Assembly (NCBI GenBank): GCA_964016885.1
Contig: OZ024744.1
Span: forward strand, 83,762,001 to 83,826,000
Length of the DNA stretch: 64,000 nt
Direction of reading: 5' to 3'
Source: Eledone cirrhosa
Taxonomy: Eukaryota
Positions within the stretch are counted from its first letter, which is position 1. Every line of letters starts with the position of its first letter. The notes under the pieces are model-generated. The model ran no database searches, was not told the DNA's origin, and was given only the letters and a program-made list of their open reading frames with translations. The translations under genes and the position numbers were made by a program. Positions 24,896 to 36,895 of the stretch are shown here, piece after piece.

Positions 24896-25052
24896 ATGAG
24901 TTATTCCTTCACAGGATACAAATTAATGTCTTATAATGCTTCAGCGGTACAAAAAATAAACAATTCTCTACAATTAATCCTCAAAAATTGCTTACTCACG
25001 GAGCTTCAAAAAACGTACATCCACTTTCGTCAATAATAATAATAATAATAAT

Positions 25053-25237
25053 AATTGTTTCTACTTTTGGCACAAGGCCAGCAATTACCCCAGTACATTA
25101 CTGGTACTTTATTTTATCGACCCCGTAAGGATGAAAGGCAAAATGAACCTCGGCGGGATTTGATCTCACACCATAAAGTGGCGTAACTCTATGCTGCAAT
25201 GCATGGCGTCCGACCTTCTAGTGATACAGCCAATCCA
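25053..25237 (-). mobile_element. tRNA-derived SINE (family 1) between Tx1 copies 1 and 2
   Basis: Same core and 3' end, with (ATT)n on both sides. Confidence 0.85.
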
Positions 25238-25252
25238 ATAATAATAATAATA

Positions 25253-28200
25253 ACGGTTTCTTTATTGGCTAAAAGGGCTAACATGAAGAAAAACATTAGA
25301 GACGGCACAGACGGTACAGGACATACAAAGTGGGTCGTGGCCGTGTAAAAAAGCGTATAATAACAAGATAGAAATATTAAAAAAATTCAAACATCAAACA
25401 TTTCCCAATAGGGGGAAACCTCCAAGGGTCACTCGTGGCGAAAATCACACAAAAGACCACGGCGACCCTGACCACCAGGGCAAGCGCCCTCCCTTAGTCT
25501 ACAGGCGCATACACAGAGCGGGCCCATTCCTGCGGACCAGACTCGCCACTTTCACCCATCTTTCAACAAACTTACTGGAAGACAGCACTTGCCTCTCCAC
25601 CATGATTTTGCTCTTCAAGTGAAATTTGAAAAGGTTAATCAGGGATGCGCCGAAGAGGATAGTGTCCGTCTTCAATTCTTTCAACCTTGTCCACCATACA
25701 ATCTCTTTCGCCATGGCCATGGCAAATGAAAACTGCCTGCCCTTCCTCCTCCTTAAAGCATTCAATATAGATCAATAAAAAGAATACCAGACTGGTATTC
25801 TTTTTATTGATCTATATTGAGCATTGCTGACTTGTGGAACTCCGTCGAACATTTGCTGTCACGTGTTGGACGGATGCGATGAAGGCATTCGCCACCTCTT
25901 CCCGACCTTTCAGGGACAGCTCCCTCTCAGCCCATTTCTGGGTGAGAGAAGCCACCCTGCTCGTCACCTCGCTCCAGTTTTTCTCCATCTGGAGGTCCGG
26001 ACCGAACCAGACCCCGAGCAATTTAACCGGTCCTTCCGTCGGGCGGCATGGACTTGCTTCGCCTGGTGCCGAGCTGCAAGCTCATCACCGACCTTTGCTG
26101 GTTTAACTTTGCTCCTGTCATTTCTCCATTCTCCTTGAGCGCGGTACCGAGCATCTGGACATGTCCGGTGCTTGACACCACCGCGGCGACGTCGTCGGCG
26201 TAAGCCGATGTGCATCTCCCACATCCCAGTTCGCGTGGGACATCTATCATCGCCTCCAATTTGTGCAGTAGGCCCAATACGTACAAGAGTGACGTGAGAG
26301 GAAAACCCTGACGGACCGAGCGCATGATGCTGAACGGCTGTGACTGATAACCGTTCCCCTTCACAACTGAGCAGATATCGCTGTGCTTCGCAGCGATCCA
26401 ACCCCTGAAGATGGTCTCGAAATCAGTCGCCTCGAGGACTACCGCCAGTCGATGGTCGACCCTATCAAATGCCTTAGATTGATCTAAGTTGATCAGGGCC
26501 CAACCCGTGCCAGTTTCCTTAACCTCTCTCTCTATGATATATCGCATGTGGTGGAGGTTGTCGTGGATGGATCTGTCTGGAATGGCGCATGTCTGCGCCT
26601 CTCGTACCAGATTACCAGCGACAAGCGCCAATCTCGTTGCTAACACCTTGGCCAAAATATTGAAGTCTGTTTAACAGAGTTATTGGCCTGAAGTTGTCTA
26701 TAACATCCCCTTTGTTCGGGTGTTTTCTCAACAGCACCACCGCTTCCCGGCTCACAAAACTAGGAATGCTCCCGTTCTGCTGCTGGTTGCAGTAGACGTC
26801 TGCCAAGAGGTCCTTCGTGCTTTGCATTGAACAATTGGTCGAGTGCCCATCTTGCCTCAAGCACGTCGGTTGCAATGCCTGTCCTAAACGCCTCTTCTAG
26901 CCTTCTAACTAGCTCTGCTTCTACTCTACTTTCCTCTATCTTTACTCCTTTGCTAAACCTTATAGATTCTACTCTAATTGCCCTTTTCATGGTAAACCAC
27001 CACCTGTTGTTGACGATCGCAACCGTTAACGCACGCTTAACTAATTCGCTAATCCGGTCTCTGTAAGCTTTGCGCGCCGGGAACGACGCGTTCAGCTTCC
27101 AGTAGCCAGGCCCTTGCCTATGGAGTCTATCTAAGTCGACTTCAGAGATCACAAATTTGTCGTCCGTGTAGTCGACTACTTTAAATTGTGGACAACCTAC
27201 ACTAGCCTTATCTGTTTCCCTGAGGCTTTTACACCCTCCTGCCCTGTCTACTTGACACAGATAATCCCAGTGTGCATCTAAGATACCGTTCCAGTCGCCC
27301 ACAAACACTAAAGAGTCGGACGTTCCAAGACAGGTGTCTAGACGTCCGAAGAAATCTGGCCGTCCTGCCCCTGTTGGGGCGTAGACGGCTCCTAGCCTGA
27401 AAGCATTGCCTTCGCTACCAGTCAGGTCCAGCACCACTGACTTATCTTCTGGGTGCAGGAAGATGGCTCGTATGGCGAGATCCAAGCTGCTCCGAAAAAG
27501 CACAGCAACTCCTCCCCCTGAACCTGGATGGCTGGGAGATGCGTATATATCGTAGCCTCCGAAGAGCGGTGCGAAGGCTCGGCCTTAGGAAATTCTGGTC
27601 TCGCTGATGGCCACCACATCTATGTTTAGTGACCTGAGATCGTTAAGCAGTGACCCTGCTTCCAAGATGACGCTAGGCCACGTCATTTATACTGCCTATT
27701 CTAAGTAAGGCCATGTTGGGTGAGGAATGAAGTAAGGGAGAAAGGATCACCTACGCTGATCGTGTGGGAAAGGGACACTTGAACTGTCCCTTTGGCTGGT
27801 CATAGGTGTTTCCAAGATGATGTCAGTGTATATCCTTTTGGTAACCGACCCTCTGAAATCTCCAACTGCGTTGGGGAATTTTTCTTTTAAATATTTATAA
27901 TGTCCTATTTCGATTTCAATAATGTTTGTAGTTTTCGGGAGAGTTCTTGGTGTTGGTGGGGTATAGTAATTTTTGTCCGTAATGTCTGTGTGCTGCTTTA
28001 TATGTTCTAAGATTTCTTTATTTGCCATGTTTATGGCTGTGTAACGTTTTTTGGGGGTTTGGTTTTGTGTTGTTTCTTGTCGGGTATGTTTGTCTTGTTG
28101 TGTTTGCGATGTTGATGTTTGTAGTGATGCTGGTGGTGGTGGTGTGGCGGTTGTTGGTGGTGATGGTGGTGGCGTTGCTGAGAGTCGCCTTGTAGCCTTT

Positions 28201-29880
28201 ACCCCTCTTTGTTTGCCTTCGCTTTTGGAGGGTGAAGCTAAGGTTTTTTTGTTTTTTTGTTTTTTATGCCACTTCATTCCCGCCTCATACTCCATGTCGG
28301 AATCCGTGGCGTCTGGGAGGGGTATGAGCTCCACTGGTGTTGAGGGTGGTACAGGAACCTTCTCCGGCGATTTTGACGCCGGTGTACTACTGCGACTGTT
28401 GGTGTTGCCGCCACTGCTGCCGCTGTTTTAGTTGTCCGTGGCCTTGGTATGGGTGCCACGGACGTTGCCCTCCTACTCACCATGGAAGTGTCTTCTGCCT
28501 CTGTTGCCTGCCCTGCTCTTGGTAGCAGCGGATCAGGCGTCGGAAGGAGGGATCCCTCTTCTTGGCTGTCTTCTGCAGGCAGAAGGCCCTGAGGTGACCC
28601 TTCTGCCTACAGAGATAGCACGTTGGGCGCCTTCCTTCCACGCTATAGGGAGTTGGAGTCCTTCCTCGAGGTCTATGATATCTGGGATGGCCTTGATGAA
28701 CTCCTGGTAAGTTTGTATTAGCATTTACATGCCTATACCTGACCAGTTCTCTCTTCCCATTCTCTGAATTTGCAGTATGGTGGTCCTCTCCACGATTCCA
28801 GCAAGTACAGACGCCTCCAGCCAAGGTATGCGCACGTCGGGTGGGACCTGGGTCACTTTGATTCTCACAATTTTCTTCCCGCAGTAGGAGGACACAAACA
28901 TTTTCTCCTCACTCTTTAGGGTTTCCAAAGCGTGAGACTTCGCCTCTTGGGGGGTGGCGAAAAGTACGTCTACTGTGGCATACTTTCTGCCTCGGGTGAT
29001 GTGGGTTTTGTGCGCCCAGCGCATCCCAAGGCCTTTTGGATTTGAGCCTCCATGGCTCTCTCCACCCGATGTGTCATTTTGCTTACGGTGCGGTAAGTCA
29101 CCGTGCGCAGCTGCTGGTCCTTGAAGAAATCGGTTGGCGGTTTCAGGGAAACTCTATTGTCATTTCTTGTCACCATGGCTTTTGTGACTGCCTTCTCCTC
29201 CTCCGTGACTAGCACTGTCTCTATATTTCGGGCCACACCTGCGAAATAAATGGCCATTTTTTCAGCTGCACCATTATTGCTGCCACTACTGCTGCTACTG
29301 GTCTTGTTGTTGGTGCTGTTGCTGTTATCACTGTTGTAGTTGGTTGTGTTTTTGGTGCCATCTTTGTTGTTGTTTTCGGCGCAATTTGTATTGTTGCTGT
29401 TGGTGTTGTTGTTTATTTTCTTGTTAGTGGTGTTAATAACGTTGTTGCATTTGCTGTCATTTTTTTTCTGTTGTCTGTATTTTGGTTGTCCCTGTTATTG
29501 TTGTAGTTGGTGAGGTAATATTTTTTTAATTAGTGTTCTCAGTGTTGTTGTCATTGCTGTCTTTGTTCACGTTGTTTGTGGTGGTGTTTGTTGTATCAAT
29601 TTCTGTAACCCTCCTCTCAACTTTTACGCCGTATTCACACGACAGCAGACATATTGCTTGTGGGCGTGGCTCAGCCATGTTTTTTTTATTTTTTTTTTAT
29701 TTTTAACAGTAAAATATTCGAATATTTGGGCCAAAAGGCCCAAATATTATACTTTCCCCTTCACAGGGAAAGTCCACGGGCTTATATCCCTTACACAACA
29801 AGAAAAATTTAACAACAAATAATTATAACAGGTAAATAAAGCGACTTACTGGGAGCGAGCAAAAAGACGTCCGACAGACC
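25253..29880 (-). mobile_element. Tx1-clade element copy 2: degenerate, internally deleted, divergent subfamily body
   Basis: Fragmented ORF2 (GDWNGILD, LDQSKAFDRVDH, YADD) and ORF1 (CYLCRQKGHLRAFC). The 3' UTR differs from copies 1 and 3. The 5' UTR resembles copy 3. Confidence 0.85.
25762..25820. repeat. 59-bp perfect palindrome inside Tx1 copy 2
   Basis: tcaatatagatcaataaaaagaataccag a ctggtattctttttattgatctatattga. Confidence 0.9.
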
Positions 29881-29892
29881 AATAATAATAAT

Positions 29893-32800
29893 GATTTCAT
29901 TTATTGGCCACAAGGGCCAACATATAGGGGACAATAGAAAAGAATGGGACAGTGGAGTTTTACAGAAAAATCGAGTAAACAATATGAATAACAATAACAA
30001 AGTAACAATAAAGTAACAATAAAATTACAACAACAAAAAATTCCCCAATAGGGGGGATGACCACCTATGGTTCGCTCAGGTACCCCCACAAGTCCTGAAC
30101 GACCCGACGCTTCGAGAGCACCCTGGAAGGGCACCCCTCTCCTCTTCAAATTTACCTACCTACAGCCGTATGACCAGAGTAGGCACACTCAGACGGGCCA
30201 TTCTCGCCACATTCATCCACCTTTCAGCAAATGTACTGGGGGGGGGGGCAGCACTTCTCTCTCCACCCTCACCTGCCTTTCCAAGTGAAACTTGAAAAAG
30301 TTGATGAGGGATTGGCCGAAGAGAAAAGTGTCTGTCTTCAGTCTTTTCAACCTCGTCCACCATACAACCTCTTTCGCTACTGCTACCAGACAGAGGAAAA
30401 TAGCCTGCCCTTCCTGGCCAAAAGAAGGCGGCGGGTCGACCTTCACTATGGACTCGGCCGATAGCCGGATCCGTTCTAAACGCGACAACAGCTGTTCAAC
30501 ATAACTCCACAAGTCAGTAATGCACGGACACTGCACGAGTGCGTGCACAACGGTTTCGTCGCTCTGCGCGCATCTCGGGCAGGTCCGTCTGACAGCACTT
30601 CCGTGCCTGTAGAGTTTATCTCGAACCGGCAGTGCCCCCCCGGTAGCACTGCCAAGCGATGGATTTTTGGAAATTATCCATCGTCCCCGGCTCGAAAGTC
30701 CTCCGGTACAGACTGGTTAGTTCGACTTCGTTGACTCCCAGAGCCTCTCCGAGTGCGTCGTCGCACTTGCCCACCACTAAACCTCTATAGAACTCGAGAG
30801 TGGAAGTTCCACTGACCGCAGTCTCGATCTCTTCTTGACCCAGGACTGCAACTCAGTCAAAGAAACGAGCTGCGGAATGGCCCGTCTGACAAACGGCAAC
30901 CACACCTGTTCACCGTTTAGGCTGAATATCTGGAGATGCTGCAGCCTCAGCGCGTGCCTGCGCATCATTAGCCACGGCATGCCCAGCCCTCCACGTAGAG
31001 GGTGCTGGCAGCAGATGGACCGCCTCACCAGCGGAACCTGACCCCTCCACAAGAATTTGAAAAGGAGCCGCTCCAAGATGGCGAGGCGCGAACGGAGGCA
31101 AGAGAAGACAGTCAGACGGTAGTAGATGATGGACGCGATGTACGCGTTCGCCACCTCCGCCCGACCTTTCAGTGATAGCTTCATCCCAGCCCATTTCTGG
31201 GTGAGACTGGCTACCCTGCCCGTCGCCTCGTCCCAATTCTTATCCACCTGGAGGTCTGGCCCGAACCAAACCCCTAGCAACTTTTCCGGTCCGTCCGTCC
31301 AGCGCCTAACGACGCTGTTGGACGGCATGGACTTGCCTCTCCAGATGCCGAGTTGCAAGCCCACTGACTTTTCCGGGTTAAGTTTTGCTCCCGTCAACCT
31401 TTCATATTCCTCCAATAAGTTGCCTACCACCTCGATTTCTGAGGTGTCCGACACCATCACGGTGATGTCGTCCGCATAAGCCGACACAGCCTTTCCGCGT
31501 CCTGGTTCGAGCGGGATGCCCTGCAACAGCTCCAGCTTCCGCAGTAAAGGCTCGAGAGTCAATACGTACAGAAGGGAGGAGAGAGGGCACCCTTGACTGA
31601 CCGATCGGGAGACCTGAAACGGTTCCGAGAGGTGGCCATTAATTTTGATTTGAGCATCGAACAGGTGCCGCTGTGCATTGCAGCGATCCAGCTTCTGAAG
31701 ACGGGGCCGAAGCCAGCCGCCTCCAGGTACCGATGGTCGACCCTATCGAATGATTTCGATTGATCTAAATTGATCAGAGCCCCACCGAAGCCAGGTTTAC
31801 ACCCTACCTCTCTATGATGTATCGCATTAGGTGGAGGTTGTCGTGTATGGACCTGGTTGGGATTGCGCAAGTTTGCGCTTCCCCAACCAAATTCCCGACG
31901 ACAATCGCCAACCTCTTCGCTAACACCCTGGCCAAAATCTTCAACTCTGTGTTGAGCAGAGTTATGGGCCTGAAATTGTTTAATATGTCTCTCTTGTTCT
32001 CGTCTTTCCTTATCAGCGTCACTACGCTCCGGCTCACAGAACTGGGAATACTCCCGTTTTGCTGCCAGTTGCAGTAGAGGGCTTCGAGGAGATTGGAGAA
32101 CAAGTCTGGCATATTTACGTAAAGCTCGTAGGGCAGACCATCCAAACCGGGTGACTTGCGCCTCATGCAGCCGACAAGGGCATCCTGAATCTCGGCTGAA
32201 GTAATTGGCCTTTCGAAGCGCCCAGCGTCAGCCGTCGAGAGTTGCGGCAAGCCATCGAGATAGGGACTGAAGTCCGCCACCATCTCTAACCCGCCGCTTC
32301 CCCCGAAAAACCGAGCAAAATGTTGGCGAAAGGCCTCACACATTTCTTGGAATCGCTCAGCTGGTGCCCGTCTCGGTCCGTCAAAGACCGAATCGTGGTT
32401 TATTACCACGCTGCGCCGCTGCCACGCGGGCCCATCGAACAGCTTTGGTTCCCTCGTTTCTCAGAGCACGCGCCTTAGCTCTGACAATGCAACCTTCGTG
32501 TTTCGCATTGAAGAAATGGTCTAATGCCATTCTCGCCGCTAGCACATCAGTTGCAATGCCACTACCAATAGCCTCGTCTAACTTATCTCCCAACTCCCCC
32601 TCCTTTCTATTTTTCTCTAATGCTACTTCTTTGCTAAATTCTATCGACATTACTCTAATCTCTCTTTTGAGAGCCCCCCCCCCCCCCCCCCCGTCTATTG
32701 TTGACGACTCACCCGTCAACTTTTTCTTAACAATATTGTTGACCTGGTACCTGTAAGCCTTACAGGCCGGAAATGACATGTTTAGCTTCCAGTAACCAGG

Positions 32801-35735
32801 TCCTAACCTACGCGTATTATCTAGGTCGACCATACAGATCAGAAATTTGTGATCTGAATAGGCGACCGTTTCAAAACGTGGACAGCTTACACTATTTCTG
32901 TCTATTTTCCTAATGAATATCCTGTCTATATACGATCCAGATGATCCTATGCGGTTAGTCCAGGTACACACTGGCGCATTAGGGAAATCTAGTCGGTACC
33001 TGTCAGACAGTTGGAACTGGCTGATCAGGTTCTTGAGGCCTTTGCACCCCCCGCTCCTATCGGATACTCCCACACAGTTCCAGCGTGCGTCTAAGATGCC
33101 GTTCCAGTCCCCCGCTAAAAGTAAAGGGTGAGACGTACCCAGAAAGGCTTCCAGGCGTCTAAAGAAGTCCGGCCGTCCTGCCCCAGTAGGAGCATAGACG
33201 GCCACCAGTCTAAAGGCACCACCTTCATTATTGTTCAAGTCCAGGAGCAAGAACTTCCCGTCCGGGTCCCGGAAGATCGACCTTACCTCGAGATCCAGGC
33301 CTTTCCTAAACAGCACTGCCACCCCGCCTCCCATTCCCGGCCGGCTAACAGATGCAAAGATCTGATAGTCGTCGAAAATGTGGGTTAGTGCGCGCGTGTC
33401 GGAAATCCTGGTCTCGATGACTGCAATTACATCCATTTCTATAAACCTGAGGTCGTTGAGCAGGTGACCCTTCTTCCAGGACGATCCCAGGCCTCGAACA
33501 TTTAAACATCCTACTCTTAATACGGCCATGTTGGCAGGTTAAACAGAGAGAGAGGAAGGTTTACTTACCTTCCGGGCTCTTGTGAAGGTTGGGTTAGGTC
33601 CATAGTTAGTGGAGTTTCTTTTGGGAACCCCTTTAAAAGTCTTGAAGTGGGTTTTACGTTCGGGGTTCCCACGTTCCGAGGAAAGCTGTCTGTATTTCTT
33701 TGAATATGTCGAGCGACATTCGCACCAGAACCAAATCTTCTGGCACGCGAAATGTGCTAGATTTAAACATTTCCCCCTCTTTTTGTATATTTTCACTTCG
33801 TGCTACGAGGGCCATCAGTTCCTTGTTGGCCCTCCTGACGAGCACGAAGTTTTGTAAGTTTTGTTGGTGTGATTTTATTTGTTTGCGTGGCTGTGGTGGT
33901 GATGGTTTTGGTGGTGTTGTTTTGGTTGTATCTGTGTTTGTTGTGAGTGCGATGTCTGTGGTTTCAGATGTTTGTGTGTATATTTGTTCTTCGTCTGTTT
34001 CGGTTGTTTGCGTTTGGGGGATTCTGGTGATGGTGATGGTGGTGTTGATGTTGGTGTTATTGGAGAGATGTTTGCGTGGGTGGTGTCTGCGTTTTTTATT
34101 GTGGGTGCTTTTGTGCTTTGTTGAGTTTTTTTTTTTCTTTTTGTGTTTCCTTTTTTGTATTTTGGGGGATTGTGGATTCCCCTCATTTTCACTACTGGTA
34201 GATGAGGGGTCTGTTTCTGTAAGTGTGTCTGTATGTATGTTTAAGGTTTTATTGGTGTGTGTATTTTGGGGGGGAGGGGAATTTGACAGCTTTCCTCGTT
34301 TCCCCCCTGGGTGGTCAATGTTGGTGGTGGTCTTTCTATTGGTGTTGTTGTTGGTGGTTTTGCCGGTGCAGGTGTTGGTTGTGGTCCTCGCCCCGGCGTC
34401 AGCAGCAGTGGAGCCTTTCGACCCCTTGCCTCTTTCAGCAGTTGAGGGCAGAAGGCTCGCAAATGGGTTTTTCCCCACAAACAAAACACTGTGGCCTTTT
34501 GCCTTCTGTCATAATGTGAATGACCGTCCCATTCTGAAGGCGGGTGTGGTCTGGGATTGTCTTCACATTCTCGGGCCTGATCTGGAGAAGGATCTCCAGG
34601 TCAACCCCGGACCAGTCCTCTCTGGCCGTTCAGGTCACTTCTATAGGGACTGTATCCGTCCCTTCCACAATCACACATTCCAGAAGCCACCACATGTCAA
34701 CTCCTGGTGGGATTCTGGGAATGCGGAGACGGGCCGTTCTTTTCCCCATGTGGGAGGGGTACATTATGACCTTGCTGGTTTTGCAAGGAGTCATGGCGTG
34801 TTTCATAGCGAGGGCTTCTGACTTGAACAACACCGAAATGGTGCCGTACTGTCTGCCCCTCTCTATGTACTGGGTGTCTTCTCTGATGCACCTCAGCGCG
34901 ACTTCTATATCTTCTTGTGGGATTAACGCTGCCCTTTTGGTTTGTGCTGAGATGCATCTATAATGCACCGTTTTGCGCTCCACTGCCTCAATAGCTTCTA
35001 CCGGGACAGTTAAGTTGGCCCAAGTTTGCTCTTGCTTGATTAGCTTCCATGCCTGGACCAACTTTTCATCTTTGTTTGAGAGGTCCATGTTGAAGCATGG
35101 CCTCTTTTTTGCTGCTGCCGCAGCGAAAGTGGTCTTGTTTTCGTTGGGGGTGTTGTTGACGTTGTTCTTGTTGGTGTTGTTGTTAGCACTGTCGCTGTTA
35201 TCATTGTTGTCTTTGCTGCCACCGTTGTTCTCAGTGCAGTTGGTATTGTTGCTGTTGGTGTTGTCGCTATTTGTTTTCATGTTAGTGGTGTTGATATTGT
35301 TGTTGTATTTGTTACTATTTTTTTTTTGTTATCTGTATTTTCGTTGTCGCTGTTACTGTCATTTTTTTTCAAATTAGAGTTCTTATTGGTATCATTGGTG
35401 TCTTTGTTTACCTTGTTTGTGGTGGTGTTTGTGTTATCAATGTATGTTAATTTCGCTGTAGCGCTCCTCTCAACTTCTACGTCGTTGTCGCACGACAGCC
35501 GACATATCGCTGGGGGCGTGGCTCAGCCATGTTTTTTTTTCTTCGTAAATTTTTTAACATGTAAAGAAAGTTCAAATATTTGGGCCAAAAGGCCCAAATA
35601 TTATACTTTCCCCTTCACGGGGCAAAGTCTAAGGGCTTATATCCCTTACACAACAAGAAATATTTAACAACAAATAATTTAAACAGGCAAATAAAGCGAC
35701 TTACTGTGAGCGAACAAAATACGTCCGCTTAGACC
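29893..35735 (-). mobile_element. Tx1-clade element copy 3: full length, frameshifted, same family as copy 1
   Basis: ORF fragments 32381-33529, 31804-32409, 30777-31562, 30213-30548 and 34630-35280 closely match copy 1 proteins. (ATT)n at both ends. Confidence 0.9.
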
Positions 35736-35780
<45 letters not shown>

Positions 35781-35865
35781 TAACAACAACATTATCATCA
35801 TCATAGTTTTCATTTTCATCTTCACCCTTATAATTATGATCATTATCATTGTTATCATCGTTATT
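35736..35865. repeat. (AAT)n/(ATC)n microsatellite at the upstream end of the Tx1 chain
   Basis: Direct inspection. Confidence 0.85.
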
Positions 35866-36150
35866 GTGTGCGTGTGATCAGATATACCGAGAGTTTTAAT
35901 CATGCTTGAGACTAGCACATTTGTTCAAAATGTTAACTGAAAACTTTCATAAGTTTCTTAATGGCTTTTAAGATGTTACAGTTTGATCTCCGACATAAAA
36001 TATTCATAAACGCGAAAGTGCATGTCGCCCTTCGAAAAATAGTCACACAACGGATTACAAGCACTTTTGCTTTTGTCTTTCGGTCTTGCTGAATGATTTA
36101 ATGATATATCTATGTGTGTGTGTGTGTCTGTCTATCTGTCCGTCTCTCTG

Positions 36151-36250
<100 letters not shown>

Positions 36251-36895
36251 TGTGTGTGTATTTGGTAATATTGAAGCTTACCAATATATATCTTGGTAAT
36301 CAATGATCTTGGTCCAGCAGTAACCGAAAAACATATACTCACGTTTTGAATGTTATTAATTTTTTTTATATGGTATGAGTCTAATCTGTGGTATGAAATT
36401 ATCTTGTGGATGTTTTAATGTTGATGCTTATTGCAATATTTAAATTCCTGAGGATATGTAGACCGGTGGACAAATACCCAATGTATATTGAGGTATGGGC
36501 CACCGTTAAATATTCAAACGTATCTAGAATAAAATTATGTTATAAGTCTAACTTTGTTTTTCTCTCTCAATTATATATATACTAGCACTTTAGCCCGGCG
36601 TTGCTCGGGTTTGTTCATTTGCTATGAAAAGTTACATACAGGTAAACGTGGTTTGAAAGCGAATAAGCTTATCAATTAAGTGCATAAAGCAGTTGAACCG
36701 GTTATTAAAAGTTACGAACCAATTAGCATTTTGGTCAATCAATGATGGGTTAATAATCTTCCAATAGCGAATTTAGTAGACCAAAGTTGCAAGATGGTGG
36801 CCCTGATGCCGCTGGGTGTCAGATCTGTCCGCCATGGGATACCCTACCAGGAAATAGTGTTCCAGACGTTATAGCTCCAACACCTGCACCAACAT

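Larger units (their letters stand above)
19206..25031 (-). mobile_element. Full-length intact Tx1-clade (L1 group) non-LTR retrotransposon, copy 1
   Basis: 5' UTR, uninterrupted ORF1 and ORF2, 3' UTR with AATAAA, (ATT)n on both sides. Confidence 0.9.

Noticed and set aside
19656-35377. Long plus-strand ORFs over the Tx1 copies
   Set aside because: Antisense shadows of GC-rich or low-complexity retroelement ORFs
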